A stretch of 64,000 bases of DNA from a virus (Duplodnaviria > Heunggongvirae > Uroviricota > Caudoviricetes). The notes below the pieces were generated by a model, which saw only the letters and a list, made by a program, of their open reading frames with translations, was not told the DNA's origin and did no database searches. The stretch lies in IMG/VR virus record IMGVR_UViG_3300037418_002962, positions 26,650 through 90,649 of that record; one strand, given 5' to 3'. Shown piece after piece: positions 1-9,059 of this stretch. The first letter of the stretch is position 1, and the number at the start of each line of letters is the position of its first letter. Position numbers and translations under genes: made by a program.

Positions 1-265
1 TAGAGCGTATTGAAAGCCTTAATAAGGTCTTTCAGGAGATTGAGAAGATTTGCATGAGTTTGTTGTAATTTATAGAATTTCCTATCGTCTAATGGAACCT
101 GTATAGCGATCTAGCGCAAGGTGGATACGGGTTGCGATAATCATAATTTGTATTGGTATGCTAGCTATCCCTCTTCAAATTGTGTGTAAAGCTTAGGACA
201 CTAAACGCTGCGAGTTTGGAGATGCCTTATAGGAAGGCTAGGAATAAAATTTAGGAGTAAGGTAA

Positions 266-1042
266 TTGAAAATAAAAGATATTTCAGATATTCATCTCGA
301 ATTTTGGGGTGAAATTTTTATGGATATTGATGTACCTAACAATGAAGGTGCAGATGTTTTAATTCTGGCTGGTGATATCATTCTTGCTGATAAGGCTAAG
401 AAGTTTGTGCCATGGTTTGAGCGGATTTGTTCTTACTACAAGAATGTTATTTATATTGCCGGAAACCATGAATCTTATCATTATTCACTTTTCAAAACCT
501 ATGATAAGCTCAAGGAGTATCTAAGTCATATTCCAAATCTTCACATCCTTGAAAAAGAAACTGTAGAGATCGATGGAGTAACTTTTCTAGGTGCGACTCT
601 TTGGAGTGATATGAATCGTAAAGATCCTTTGAGCATTCATGCCATTCAGAATTATCTTAATGATTATAGAACCATTCGTTATGGAAAGAATGAAAACTAT
701 AGAAAGCTTCTGCCTCAGGATACAATCACTGAACATTACAAAACTTTAGAGTTTCTTAGAAATGATCTAAAGAATTGTGAAAAGGCTGTTGTTGTAACTC
801 ATCATGCCCCAAGCTTTTTGAGTGTTGGCAGAGAGTTTAAAGATGATTATTATATTAATGGTGGATATAGTAGCGATCTGAGTGAATTTATTCTAGATCA
901 TCCACAGATTAAATTATGGTTCCATGGTCATCATCACTCTGTTTCTGATTATGTGATTGGCGAAACCAGAGTTATTTGTAACCCTCATGGATATCCGGGA
1001 CAGGATACGGGATTTGATGTAGGAATGGCTGTGGAGATTTAA
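266..1042 (+). CDS. Calcineurin-like metallophosphoesterase
   Basis: Motifs ISDIH, LAGDI, AGNHE, VTHHAP, FHGHHH in canonical order. Confidence 0.9.
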   Translation: MKIKDISDIHLEFWGEIFMDIDVPNNEGADVLILAGDIILADKAKKFVPWFERICSYYKNVIYIAGNHESYHYSLFKTYDKLKEYLSHIPNLHILEKETVEIDGVTFLGATLWSDMNRKDPLSIHAIQNYLNDYRTIRYGKNENYRKLLPQDTITEHYKTLEFLRNDLKNCEKAVVVTHHAPSFLSVGREFKDDYYINGGYSSDLSEFILDHPQIKLWFHGHHHSVSDYVIGETRVICNPHGYPGQDTGFDVGMAVEI

Positions 1043-1051
1043 GGGACAATG

Positions 1052-1146
1052 GGAGATGTGGCAGAGTGGCTGAATGCACTGGTCCTTACTGAATAGGTGG
1101 GACCGGAAGGGAAACCTCGTAGGTTCGAATCCTATCATCTCCCCCA
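1052..1146 (+). tRNA. Atypical tRNA-like gene with an oversized anticodon arm (identity uncertain)
   Basis: Acceptor GGAGATG/CATCTCC + C + CCA; class II-type D arm GGCAGAGTGGCTGAATGC; T arm GTAGG-TTCGAAT-CCTAT; 18-nt loop in the anticodon arm. Confidence 0.8.
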
Positions 1147-1161
1147 AATTTAGGAGTTAAA

Positions 1162-1503
1162 ATGGACAAAACTTTTACAGAACTACCAGACTTTTTTTCT
1201 ACACTTCTTTGTAAGGACCGTAAGGTTTATGTTCTTACTGATATTCTTAATTGTATTCTAGTTGGTGTAGAGTTCACGGAAGCACATAAAAATATCTTGA
1301 AGGATTATCCAAATTCTATTAAGGTAATTGAATATTTTTCCGAGAAATATAGGGCTGGTACTGCTCCAGCAAAAATGTATTTCACTCCAGGGCGAGATGC
1401 AGATGTCGAAAGTTTCGCTGCAGAAATTTTACGGGTTGAAGAAGCTATTGAAAATGGAAGATATACAGAGCTTTCAGAAATGGATAGTTACTTCAATGAC
1501 TGA
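1162..1503 (+). CDS. Hypothetical protein
   Basis: 113-aa ORF with GGAG RBS, tightly packed. Confidence 0.7.
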   Translation: MDKTFTELPDFFSTLLCKDRKVYVLTDILNCILVGVEFTEAHKNILKDYPNSIKVIEYFSEKYRAGTAPAKMYFTPGRDADVESFAAEILRVEEAIENGRYTELSEMDSYFND

Positions 1504-1663
1504 TGATATCAAAAAGCAACTTATCATTGCTGCCAAGCATGTTCAGGCTATGTACAAGCTAAGACGTTCTCCATTAGAGGGAAAGGATGCTACAACAGCT
1601 AGCAGAGCCTTTACATGGAGTGAAGAAATTCTTAAGGAATTGGAGAATAAGAAAAATGATTGA
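1496..1663 (+). CDS. Hypothetical protein (start moved from 1328)
   Basis: ATG at 1496 overlaps the upstream stop region. Confidence 0.6.
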   Translation: MTDDIKKQLIIAAKHVQAMYKLRRSPLEGKDATTASRAFTWSEEILKELENKKND

Positions 1664-2327
1664 AATATATTCAAAAGAAAAAATTCAACAAATTCTTTTG
1701 AATTTGGGAAATTTTGTTGAATTTAATTATGACAGATTGCTTTCTTCTGAAAAAGAAGAAATCTCAAAAAGTATTGCAGATATTTCAGGCGAAATTGAAT
1801 ATTTTTCAGAAGTAGAACCTGATCCAGATTATAGACCTTATCGAGAAATCAGAAGAGATATTGTTGGTGAAGTTGCAATGATGAAACATTGGAACAGGCT
1901 TATGAATACACTTCCACCATATTATGATAGAATGATTGATTATATTTTAGGCACGGAAGAAGTATCTATTAGGGGTGCAAGAATTTGTTCCAGTGTTATT
2001 TTATGGCTTGGAACTAATTGTGGTGGAGCATTATTGCATGAAGCTAAGAGACTTAAAGATAATAATGTAATAAATCCTTATTCGGTTCAATTTCATTTAG
2101 ATTCAATGAATTATCCGTATGATCCGCTAGATTATATTCGTAGAATTGTCACATTTCCTCATTGTCCAGACCCTGAAATTAATGTAAAAGATTTAGTAAC
2201 TGTACATAAATTAATGTTATGGTTAGGTTCTGTAGATGGAGAAAAATTCCTTTCTGATGTAGAAGAAGAAATACAAATTAGAGTAGATGCAACCAGAAGA
2301 ACAAAATATGTCAAAAATATTATTTAA
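1656..2327 (+). CDS. Hypothetical protein (start moved from 1587)
   Basis: Long ORF coupled to the upstream gene. Confidence 0.7.
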   Translation: MIEIYSKEKIQQILLNLGNFVEFNYDRLLSSEKEEISKSIADISGEIEYFSEVEPDPDYRPYREIRRDIVGEVAMMKHWNRLMNTLPPYYDRMIDYILGTEEVSIRGARICSSVILWLGTNCGGALLHEAKRLKDNNVINPYSVQFHLDSMNYPYDPLDYIRRIVTFPHCPDPEINVKDLVTVHKLMLWLGSVDGEKFLSDVEEEIQIRVDATRRTKYVKNII

Positions 2328-2574
2328 TATATGGTTTATATTTTGTCTTATATTGGGAATTCTTGATAAAGAGCCTTATATTGTTCCAATGTTTTTGTTT
2401 GCTATTTTTATTGTAAATATTCATTGGATTGTCAAAGCTATATATTATAGAATTATGATTTTCAATAAACCTGGAATGGCAATCAACACAAAAACCAATG
2501 AATGGATTATTACAGGTAATGAAAGAAAATTTCAAAAAATGTTAAGATTTTGGAGAGAGCATTTTGAGGAATAA
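2308..2574 (+). CDS. Small membrane protein
   Basis: Two hydrophobic segments. Confidence 0.6.
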   Translation: MSKILFNIWFIFCLILGILDKEPYIVPMFLFAIFIVNIHWIVKAIYYRIMIFNKPGMAINTKTNEWIITGNERKFQKMLRFWREHFEE

Positions 2575-2788
2575 TTCTCTTGTTATAGAAATTTTTGATC
2601 TTGACAATCAACATGTTCTGTCCCAATATATTAACTGCTTTCCATACCCAAATTCTATGATGCCAAAGAAAGGCACTAAATTCCTTTATAAGGATCAGAA
2701 ATATAAGGTAAAAGATGTTAAGTTTTCTTACTTTAATTTCCCCGAACCTAAAGTAAACATTGCAATTGTTAAAGTGGAGAAGAAATAA
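2564..2788 (+). CDS. Hypothetical protein
   Basis: Operon-packed ORF. Confidence 0.55.
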   Translation: MRNNSLVIEIFDLDNQHVLSQYINCFPYPNSMMPKKGTKFLYKDQKYKVKDVKFSYFNFPEPKVNIAIVKVEKK

Positions 2789-2994
2789 TGGATTCATTTT
2801 ATGAAGACAGGAAATATAGAATTAGAGAAGTAAATAATAAAATTGAAAGTCATTATAAGCTAGAAAAATTGTTTGTATGTATTTGGTGGCCTATACATAC
2901 GAGTAAATATCTATATAGATGCGAAGAAGCATTGCGAAATGTTACTAAAAAACCTAGAATTATTTATTATGATGAAAATGGAGAAGAATTATAA
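2788..2994 (+). CDS. Hypothetical protein
   Basis: TAATG overlap with the upstream gene. Confidence 0.6.
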   Translation: MDSFYEDRKYRIREVNNKIESHYKLEKLFVCIWWPIHTSKYLYRCEEALRNVTKKPRIIYYDENGEEL

Positions 2995-2997
2995 ATA
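2990..2997 (+). promoter_or_regulatory. T4-type late promoter TATAAATA upstream of the NAD salvage genes
   Basis: Exact TATAAATA 60 nt before the NAMPT start. Confidence 0.6.
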
Positions 2998-3057
2998 AAG
3001 GGAAGCGTTAACCTGGGAAGTCCAAACCAACGCATATAAAGAAAAGGAGAAGTTCCT

Positions 3058-4473
3058 ATGAAGATTAATCCGCTATTAAATTGCGATACCTATAAGTACA
3101 GTCATTTTCTACAATACCCTCCAAAAACTCAATACGTTTACAGTTATATTGAATCCCGTGGTGGTCAATATCCAGCTTCATTGTTCTTTGGTTTACAGGC
3201 ATTTATTAAAGAATACCTTTCAGTTCCTGTTACCAAGAAGGATGTAAAGGTTGCTGCATCTAGGGCCAAGGCCAGAAATATTCCATTCAATCTTGACGGA
3301 TTTAATAGGCTAGTCGATTTTCATAAGGGATTCTGGCCCGTAAAGATTAGGGCAGTTCCTGAAGGTAGCCTGATTCCTGTTAGCAATCTTCTTGTTGATA
3401 TCATCAATACAGATCCAGAAATGCCATGGGTAACATCTTTTCTAGAAACAGCCCTTTTGCGCGCTATCTGGTACCCTACAACTGTTGCTACTCGTGAATT
3501 TTACCTAAAGAAAACCATTAAGCAGTTTCTTGAAGAAACTGCAGATGAGTCTGCACTTGGTCTTCTTAATTATAAGCTCAATGATTTTGGTGCTCGTGGA
3601 GCTTCTTCAGCAGAAACTACAATGCTTGGTGGAATGGCCCATCTCGTTTGTTTCAATGGCACAGATAATGATTTGGCTATCAATGGTCTGGTAGATTATT
3701 ATAATCTTGATGAAGAAACAGAACTAGGCCAGTTCCTTGGAGTTCCAGCAGCAGAACATAGTACAATGACTTCATGGAATGGTAAGGCTGGTGAATTACG
3801 TTCAATGAATAATATGCTAGACCAATTTGCCAAGCCAGGAGCAATTCTTGCTTGTGTTTCAGATAGTTATGATATCTGGAATGCAGTTGACAATTATTGG
3901 GGTAGAGAACTCCTTGATAAGGTCAGGAATAGTGGAGCACTTGTAGTTGTCAGGCCAGATTCTGGTGATCCTGCTGAAGTTTCCTCGGAAGTTGTTGCAC
4001 GTCTAGGAGAAAAGACAGGATTTACGACCAATAGTAAAGGCTTCAAGGTCCTTCCTCCTTATTATAGGGTTATCCAAGGAGATGGTTGTGATGAGAATTC
4101 AATTCCCCATATTCTCCAGACATTCAAGAATAATGGTCTAAGTACCGAAAATATCGTATTCGGTATGGGTGGAGCGATGCTACAGAAGCTGGACCGTGAT
4201 ACAATGAAATGGGCCATGAAATGTTCAGCCATTGAGGTTGGTGGAGTTCTTAAGGAAGTCTATAAAGATCCGATTACAGATAAGGGAAAGAGATCCAAGA
4301 GAGGCAAGCTCAACCTGATTTATAATCCAGATAGTAAGCAATATCATACAACAAATGAAAATCGTTGGATGGACAATGAAGTAAACGTTATGGAAAATGT
4401 TTACTCTAATGGAAAGCTCTTGAAGGACACTTCATTCTCTGAAATTCGTGAAAGAGTAGAGGGGAATCTATAA
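3058..4473 (+). CDS. nadV: Nicotinamide phosphoribosyltransferase (NAMPT)
   Basis: Motifs DTYKYSH, YSYIESRGG, DFGARG, PAAEHS, VSDSYD, VVRPDSGDP, RVIQGDG. Confidence 0.95.
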   Translation: MKINPLLNCDTYKYSHFLQYPPKTQYVYSYIESRGGQYPASLFFGLQAFIKEYLSVPVTKKDVKVAASRAKARNIPFNLDGFNRLVDFHKGFWPVKIRAVPEGSLIPVSNLLVDIINTDPEMPWVTSFLETALLRAIWYPTTVATREFYLKKTIKQFLEETADESALGLLNYKLNDFGARGASSAETTMLGGMAHLVCFNGTDNDLAINGLVDYYNLDEETELGQFLGVPAAEHSTMTSWNGKAGELRSMNNMLDQFAKPGAILACVSDSYDIWNAVDNYWGRELLDKVRNSGALVVVRPDSGDPAEVSSEVVARLGEKTGFTTNSKGFKVLPPYYRVIQGDGCDENSIPHILQTFKNNGLSTENIVFGMGGAMLQKLDRDTMKWAMKCSAIEVGGVLKEVYKDPITDKGKRSKRGKLNLIYNPDSKQYHTTNENRWMDNEVNVMENVYSNGKLLKDTSFSEIRERVEGNL

Positions 4474-5657
4474 TGTCAGAAGCAATAAAAGGTGCAGTGA
4501 CAGAGACTATCAGAGAGCAAAAACCTTTGTATGATGCACTAACACAATATAAAAAGAAAAAGGAGTATGATTTGCTTATCTTCATCGGAAGAATGCAACC
4601 TTTTACTCTGGCTCACAAATCAATCATCGATAAGGCTTTAGATCTTGCAGAAGATGTATTGGTCCTTTTAGGATCTGCAAATTCTGCTTCAAATGCGAGA
4701 AACCCTTGGTCATTTGAAGATAGAAAGAAGATGATTGAATATAGCTTATGGGATACAGAAGATCCCTATAATGAATATAATTTCAATAGAGTTAATATCA
4801 AGCCATTAAATGATTATCCCTATAATAATGAACAATGGAAAATGAATGTAAATTCTATTGTCGATTCCTTAGTAGATATTAAAAAAGACAAGATTGGATT
4901 AATTGGTTATAATAAAGATTCAAGCTCGTATTATTTGACAATGTTTCCTCGTTTCGGAAACATTGATTCTGGTGGATATCTCTATAAAAATTCTCTTCTT
5001 GATGCTACAACAGTGAGAAATATTTATTTTGATAAGAGTAATAGAGATTATTTGGATGAAATTATTCCTTTAGTTCCAGATGGCACTTTTGACTTTTTAT
5101 GTGATTATTTCTATACTGATGAATATCTTTATATTAAGAATGAACTGAGCCATGCAAAAAAGAATAAGGAGACATACGGTCCTGGACCTTTCATGACTGT
5201 TGATAATGTGCTAATACAAGCAGGCCATGTTCTTCTTGTTACTAGAGGGGGAAATATTGGTAAAGGACTTCTAGCACTTCCAGGTGGTTTCCTAGAACCT
5301 TATGAAACACTTGAAGATGGAGCGATCAGGGAATTACAAGAAGAAACAGAAATTGATATCCCTCCTTCTGTTTTAAGAAGCAAAATAGTAGCTTCTAATA
5401 TCTTTGATTATCCTTATCGTTCTGTGTCAGGCCATTTAATTACGACTGCATTCCTGTATGACCTTGATGCAGAGATTGCACGAAAGGTTAATAAAAGGAA
5501 AAAAGGAGAACCTCTTGGCCTTACAAAGGTAAAAGGTTCGGATGATGCAGTTCATGCAGATTGGTATCCATTATCTTCACTAGATCCTAAGAAAATGCAT
5601 GATGACCATTATCATATTATTATGGAAATGTTGAAGTATAAGAAGGAGAGAAAATAA
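4473..5657 (+). CDS. nadM: Bifunctional NMN adenylyltransferase / ADP-ribose pyrophosphatase (NadM-Nudix)
   Basis: FIGRMQPFTLAH and RNPWSFEDR cytidylyltransferase-family motifs; Nudix box ALPGGF..ETLEDGAIRELQEET; GSDDA. Confidence 0.92.
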   Translation: MSEAIKGAVTETIREQKPLYDALTQYKKKKEYDLLIFIGRMQPFTLAHKSIIDKALDLAEDVLVLLGSANSASNARNPWSFEDRKKMIEYSLWDTEDPYNEYNFNRVNIKPLNDYPYNNEQWKMNVNSIVDSLVDIKKDKIGLIGYNKDSSSYYLTMFPRFGNIDSGGYLYKNSLLDATTVRNIYFDKSNRDYLDEIIPLVPDGTFDFLCDYFYTDEYLYIKNELSHAKKNKETYGPGPFMTVDNVLIQAGHVLLVTRGGNIGKGLLALPGGFLEPYETLEDGAIRELQEETEIDIPPSVLRSKIVASNIFDYPYRSVSGHLITTAFLYDLDAEIARKVNKRKKGEPLGLTKVKGSDDAVHADWYPLSSLDPKKMHDDHYHIIMEMLKYKKERK

Positions 5658-5950
5658 TGAGTTATAGAATATCGGATAATCTATTACTAAGAAAAGGAAC
5701 AACAAATATATTTACTCTTGAGGGGGTTGTTATTCTAGCCAAAGAAAAGTTATTCAATGAGTTCCAAGATAACATTGGAACTTGGCTAGAATATGCTGCA
5801 GGTTTAGGAATAAGACAAGTTACTTTGGACTCTAGATTCGTTCCTATTGTGGATCAAATTAGAAAATGGTGCTATGATAATGGATTTAGCTCTCTTTATT
5901 ATAAAGATCTTATTTTAATTTCTTGGGAGGCACCAAAAGATGAAACTTAA
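5657..5950 (+). CDS. Hypothetical protein (similar to the next gene)
   Basis: Coupled ORF; C-terminus W..DNGFS...ISWE. Confidence 0.65.
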   Translation: MSYRISDNLLLRKGTTNIFTLEGVVILAKEKLFNEFQDNIGTWLEYAAGLGIRQVTLDSRFVPIVDQIRKWCYDNGFSSLYYKDLILISWEAPKDET

Positions 5951-6200
5951 AGAAAAACTTCAAGATATATCAAATAAAAACTCTCCTGATAATATATTAT
6001 ATAAAGAATTTTTAGAGAAAATTGAAGATTTCTTAACAGATTCTGCTATGTCTGGTAAACATGAATGGAAAGTTCCTGATTACTTTAATAAGATTATAAA
6101 AAATATAAAACAATGGGTAGATGATAATGGATTTTCTTTGAAATCTTCTACAGAAGGACATGCACAGTATACAGTATATTTTATATCATGGGAGTTATAA
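5940..6200 (+). CDS. Hypothetical protein
   Basis: Coupled ORF; C-terminus W..DNGFS...ISWE. Confidence 0.65.
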   Translation: MKLKEKLQDISNKNSPDNILYKEFLEKIEDFLTDSAMSGKHEWKVPDYFNKIIKNIKQWVDDNGFSLKSSTEGHAQYTVYFISWEL

Positions 6201-6629
6201 ATGATTACAAAATATTGTGAAGGATTTATTTTTACTCCAGATTATAGAAAAATTCTTCTAATTGAAAAGAATAGACCAGCTAAACTTGCAGGATTACTAA
6301 ATGGTATTGGTGGGCATATTGAGGAAGGGGAAACAAGTCTAGAAGCAATTGTTCGCGAGACGCTTGAAGAAACAGGGTTAGTAATACCAGAAGAAAATTG
6401 GCAATATTTTTGTAAGCTATCTAATCCTGTCAATGAAACAGATATTGATTTTTGGTACACTACTTATCCAGATCTAAATGATGCCCAAGAATTAACAGAT
6501 GAACACTTAGTTATCACAGATGTGGAATATCTTGAAGGTGTTGTGCCAAATTTGAAATGGCTTCTTCCCTTGTGTTTAGATTTTGGAGTAGCCAAAGGAA
6601 TTACTTTTACTTCCTATGGTGAGTATTAA
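6201..6629 (+). CDS. Nudix hydrolase
   Basis: Nudix box GGHIEEGETSLEAIVRETLEETG. Confidence 0.92.
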   Translation: MITKYCEGFIFTPDYRKILLIEKNRPAKLAGLLNGIGGHIEEGETSLEAIVRETLEETGLVIPEENWQYFCKLSNPVNETDIDFWYTTYPDLNDAQELTDEHLVITDVEYLEGVVPNLKWLLPLCLDFGVAKGITFTSYGEY

Positions 6630-6671
6630 TTCTAATAAATAATTATAAGAATTAATTAAAGGAGAAATGAA

Positions 6672-6974
6672 ATGAATAATGCAATTAATTGGCTCAAAGG
6701 CAAAAAGACTTATATTGTAGCCGGAATCGGTGTAGTTTTTGCAGTTGCTGAATATTGGGCAGGTGCTCTTAATGTTACTGATGCTGCTTATGCCATCTTA
6801 GGATCTCTCGGGCTCGGAACTTTACGTTCTGGTGTAAACTCAACTATCGAAAAGGTTCTTGAGGCTGTTCTAGAAACTGCAAAGTCAAAGGCTCCAGTAG
6901 CTCCAGCTAATGCTGCTGAAGTCGTAAAAGTTGCAGAAACAGTAATAACTGCAGCAGAATCAACCGTAAAGTAA
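6672..6974 (+). CDS. Holin-like membrane protein
   Basis: N-terminal GKKTY, two hydrophobic helices, GGAG RBS, AATAAATA late-type motif at 6634. Confidence 0.5.
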   Translation: MNNAINWLKGKKTYIVAGIGVVFAVAEYWAGALNVTDAAYAILGSLGLGTLRSGVNSTIEKVLEAVLETAKSKAPVAPANAAEVVKVAETVITAAESTVK

Positions 6975-6995
6975 TAAAGTTTTAAGGAGAAATAA

Positions 6996-7427
6996 ATGAT
7001 TAAAAATGTAATCACAGGACTTTTAGTTAGTTCAGTCTTAATTATTTCAGGCTGTGGATTAACAGCAAGTGACGTTAATACTGTAACAACAGATGCAAGC
7101 CTAGCTGCTCCAGTAATTTCTACTATTGCACCAGATTCTGCCAAGGCCGCAGTTAATTCTGTTCTTGCTGATGTCAATTCAAGCAAGACAATGCGTGATA
7201 TCGCCCTTGCTTGTTCTGTTGCGATTGACGCTGAAATTGTAGCAAAACCATTGCTTGCTCTTTCTGATACAGCAACTACATCTGCCAATCTTCTAGATTC
7301 TGGATGTCAAACCGTTACTGCTATTAAAACTCTTGCAGCAGATCCTACTTCCAAAAATTGGGTTAACGGTTTAGGTTCAAGCCTTAATACAGTTGTCCAG
7401 GTTACTAATGCGATTAATAAGAAGTAA
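6996..7427 (+). CDS. Putative lipoprotein
   Basis: Signal peptide with lipobox-like ISGC. Confidence 0.6.
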   Translation: MIKNVITGLLVSSVLIISGCGLTASDVNTVTTDASLAAPVISTIAPDSAKAAVNSVLADVNSSKTMRDIALACSVAIDAEIVAKPLLALSDTATTSANLLDSGCQTVTAIKTLAADPTSKNWVNGLGSSLNTVVQVTNAINKK

Positions 7428-7683
7428 TAATATTAAGGAGTTATTAGGAGTTTTTCTCTTAATAACTCCACTTTTCCTTACATGTTGTAGTACAGCAGCA
7501 ATTACTGTTGGGACTGCAGTTCTTTCATATGTAGCTAGCGTAAATAATGTAGGATCTTCTTGGCTTAAGCTTCAAGACGATAAGCAGCAGAGAAGTTGCC
7601 AAATTCAACAAAATCCTTTGACGGACCCAAATACAATTATAACAATTGGTCCATTTCCTCAGAATAATTCCACAACTCCTTAA
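7393..7683 (+). CDS. Putative lipoprotein/membrane protein (start uncertain)
   Basis: Hydrophobic segment ending FLTCCS. Confidence 0.45.
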   Translation: MSRLLMRLIRSNNIKELLGVFLLITPLFLTCCSTAAITVGTAVLSYVASVNNVGSSWLKLQDDKQQRSCQIQQNPLTDPNTIITIGPFPQNNSTTP

Positions 7684-7689
7684 TTATAC

Positions 7690-7718
7690 TTGACATTTTA
7701 TATAGAATGTAGTATATA
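7690..7718 (+). promoter_or_regulatory. Sigma70-type promoter
   Basis: TTGACA-N17-TATATA upstream of gp33. Confidence 0.6.
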
Positions 7719-7755
7719 AATTCCAGAGTAAATATAAACTGGAGTACATTATTAA

Positions 7756-7989
7756 GTGATAAAACCAAAAAGAAATAATCAAATTTTTTATGAGGGGATC
7801 AAGAATCTCCTTGATAAAGATATCAATATATTAGATGCAGTTACACTTTATTGTGAAAGAAACAACATCGATATTGAAGTAGCAGGATCTTGGATTAAAT
7901 CATCAAGCGAACTCAAAGAGATCTTTGAAGGCTATGCAGTTAACAATTATCTGATAAAGAAAAATATTAGTGAAGGAGTAAGTAAATGA
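7756..7989 (+). CDS. gp33: Late transcription co-activator gp33-like
   Basis: ILDAVTLYCERNNIDIE pattern; position upstream of gp59 and gp32. Confidence 0.75.
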   Translation: MIKPKRNNQIFYEGIKNLLDKDINILDAVTLYCERNNIDIEVAGSWIKSSSELKEIFEGYAVNNYLIKKNISEGVSK

Positions 7990-8150
7990 CAAAGTATGTT
8001 TTGGTATTTTCAAAAAATAATGTAAGAATGACAGAAGATTTTGATAGTTATGCTGATGCACAGCAGAGATTTTATGATATTTCTAAAGATGGTTGTAGTT
8101 TTATTAGGATTGAACAAATCGATGAGTCGAGACAACTGCTAGTAGAGTAA
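7986..8150 (+). CDS. Small hypothetical protein (54 aa, not in the ORF track)
   Basis: MTKYVLVFSKNN...QLLVE; overlaps both neighbours. Confidence 0.55.
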   Translation: MTKYVLVFSKNNVRMTEDFDSYADAQQRFYDISKDGCSFIRIEQIDESRQLLVE

Positions 8151-8716
8151 TGAACACTTTTGAGGCATTTGAGCTATTCGTAAGTTTGAAGCAGCACTTT
8201 ACCCAAGAAAAATACGATTTCTTCAAGTATAACGGAAAGGTTAAAGGAACAGTTCAAAGATTTGAAAAATTATCAGATGCCCAAAGATATCCATTCAAAA
8301 AACTAGCCAATCATCGTAATCCTCTAGGGATAGTTGTTTCAAACCTTATTGTAGAGCCAACTTTATGGATTGGTAATCTAAAAGAAGAACGATACTTAAA
8401 TTGGCAAAAGAAAATCGATTCCATTTCTTATTTCTTCAAGAATGATGTAAAGAAAATCGATTTTTCCAAGGATCTTCAAGTAGAAAATGGATGTCATCCA
8501 AATCTTTTGGTTCATTATTTCGGCAATAATATAGAACTTGAAACTCTGATAATTCTAAATAAAATTTCAAGGTTCTTTGATTATTGGGACAAAAATATTG
8601 AAGATAATTGTATGTGGCCTATCAGCAGAAAACTGATAATAAAATATGAGCCATTTTTAAATATTGATATAGGGAAGATGCGGGAAATTCTTATTAAAAC
8701 AATTGGAGAAGATTAG
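8150..8716 (+). CDS. gp59: Helicase loader gp59
   Basis: LKQHFTQEKYDFFKYNGKV N-terminus, IELETLIIL; synteny with gp32. Confidence 0.9.
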   Translation: MNTFEAFELFVSLKQHFTQEKYDFFKYNGKVKGTVQRFEKLSDAQRYPFKKLANHRNPLGIVVSNLIVEPTLWIGNLKEERYLNWQKKIDSISYFFKNDVKKIDFSKDLQVENGCHPNLLVHYFGNNIELETLIILNKISRFFDYWDKNIEDNCMWPISRKLIIKYEPFLNIDIGKMREILIKTIGED

Positions 8717-8981
8717 ATGAATGTAGAAGATGTAAAATTTTGGATGGAGGTAGTTGGAGTAGGATTGTCTATAATTACTACAGTTTGTGTAGTATATATG
8801 GCGCTTAACTCAACGAAATAAAATGTTTGGAGCAATTCTCTGTTATTTTGGCTTTCATAAATGGGATAATGATGAATATCATCATTTCTGTATTAGATGT
8901 TGGCATTTCCATAATAAAATGACAGACGAAAATAATCCAACTTGTTGGTAATTTATACTTGACTTTTGAAATAAAATGAAG

Positions 8982-8989
8982 TATAAATA
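8982..8989 (+). promoter_or_regulatory. TATAAATA late promoter upstream of gp32
   Basis: Exact motif in the intergenic region. Confidence 0.55.
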
Positions 8990-9059
8990 AAACATACATT
9001 ATGAATTCAGTGGACGAATTTAAATTAAAACATAAAATAAATGAAAGGAAAATAAAAAC

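Noticed and set aside
914-1147. Minus-strand 77-aa ORF
   Set aside because: Antisense shadow of the tRNA-like gene and the phosphoesterase end
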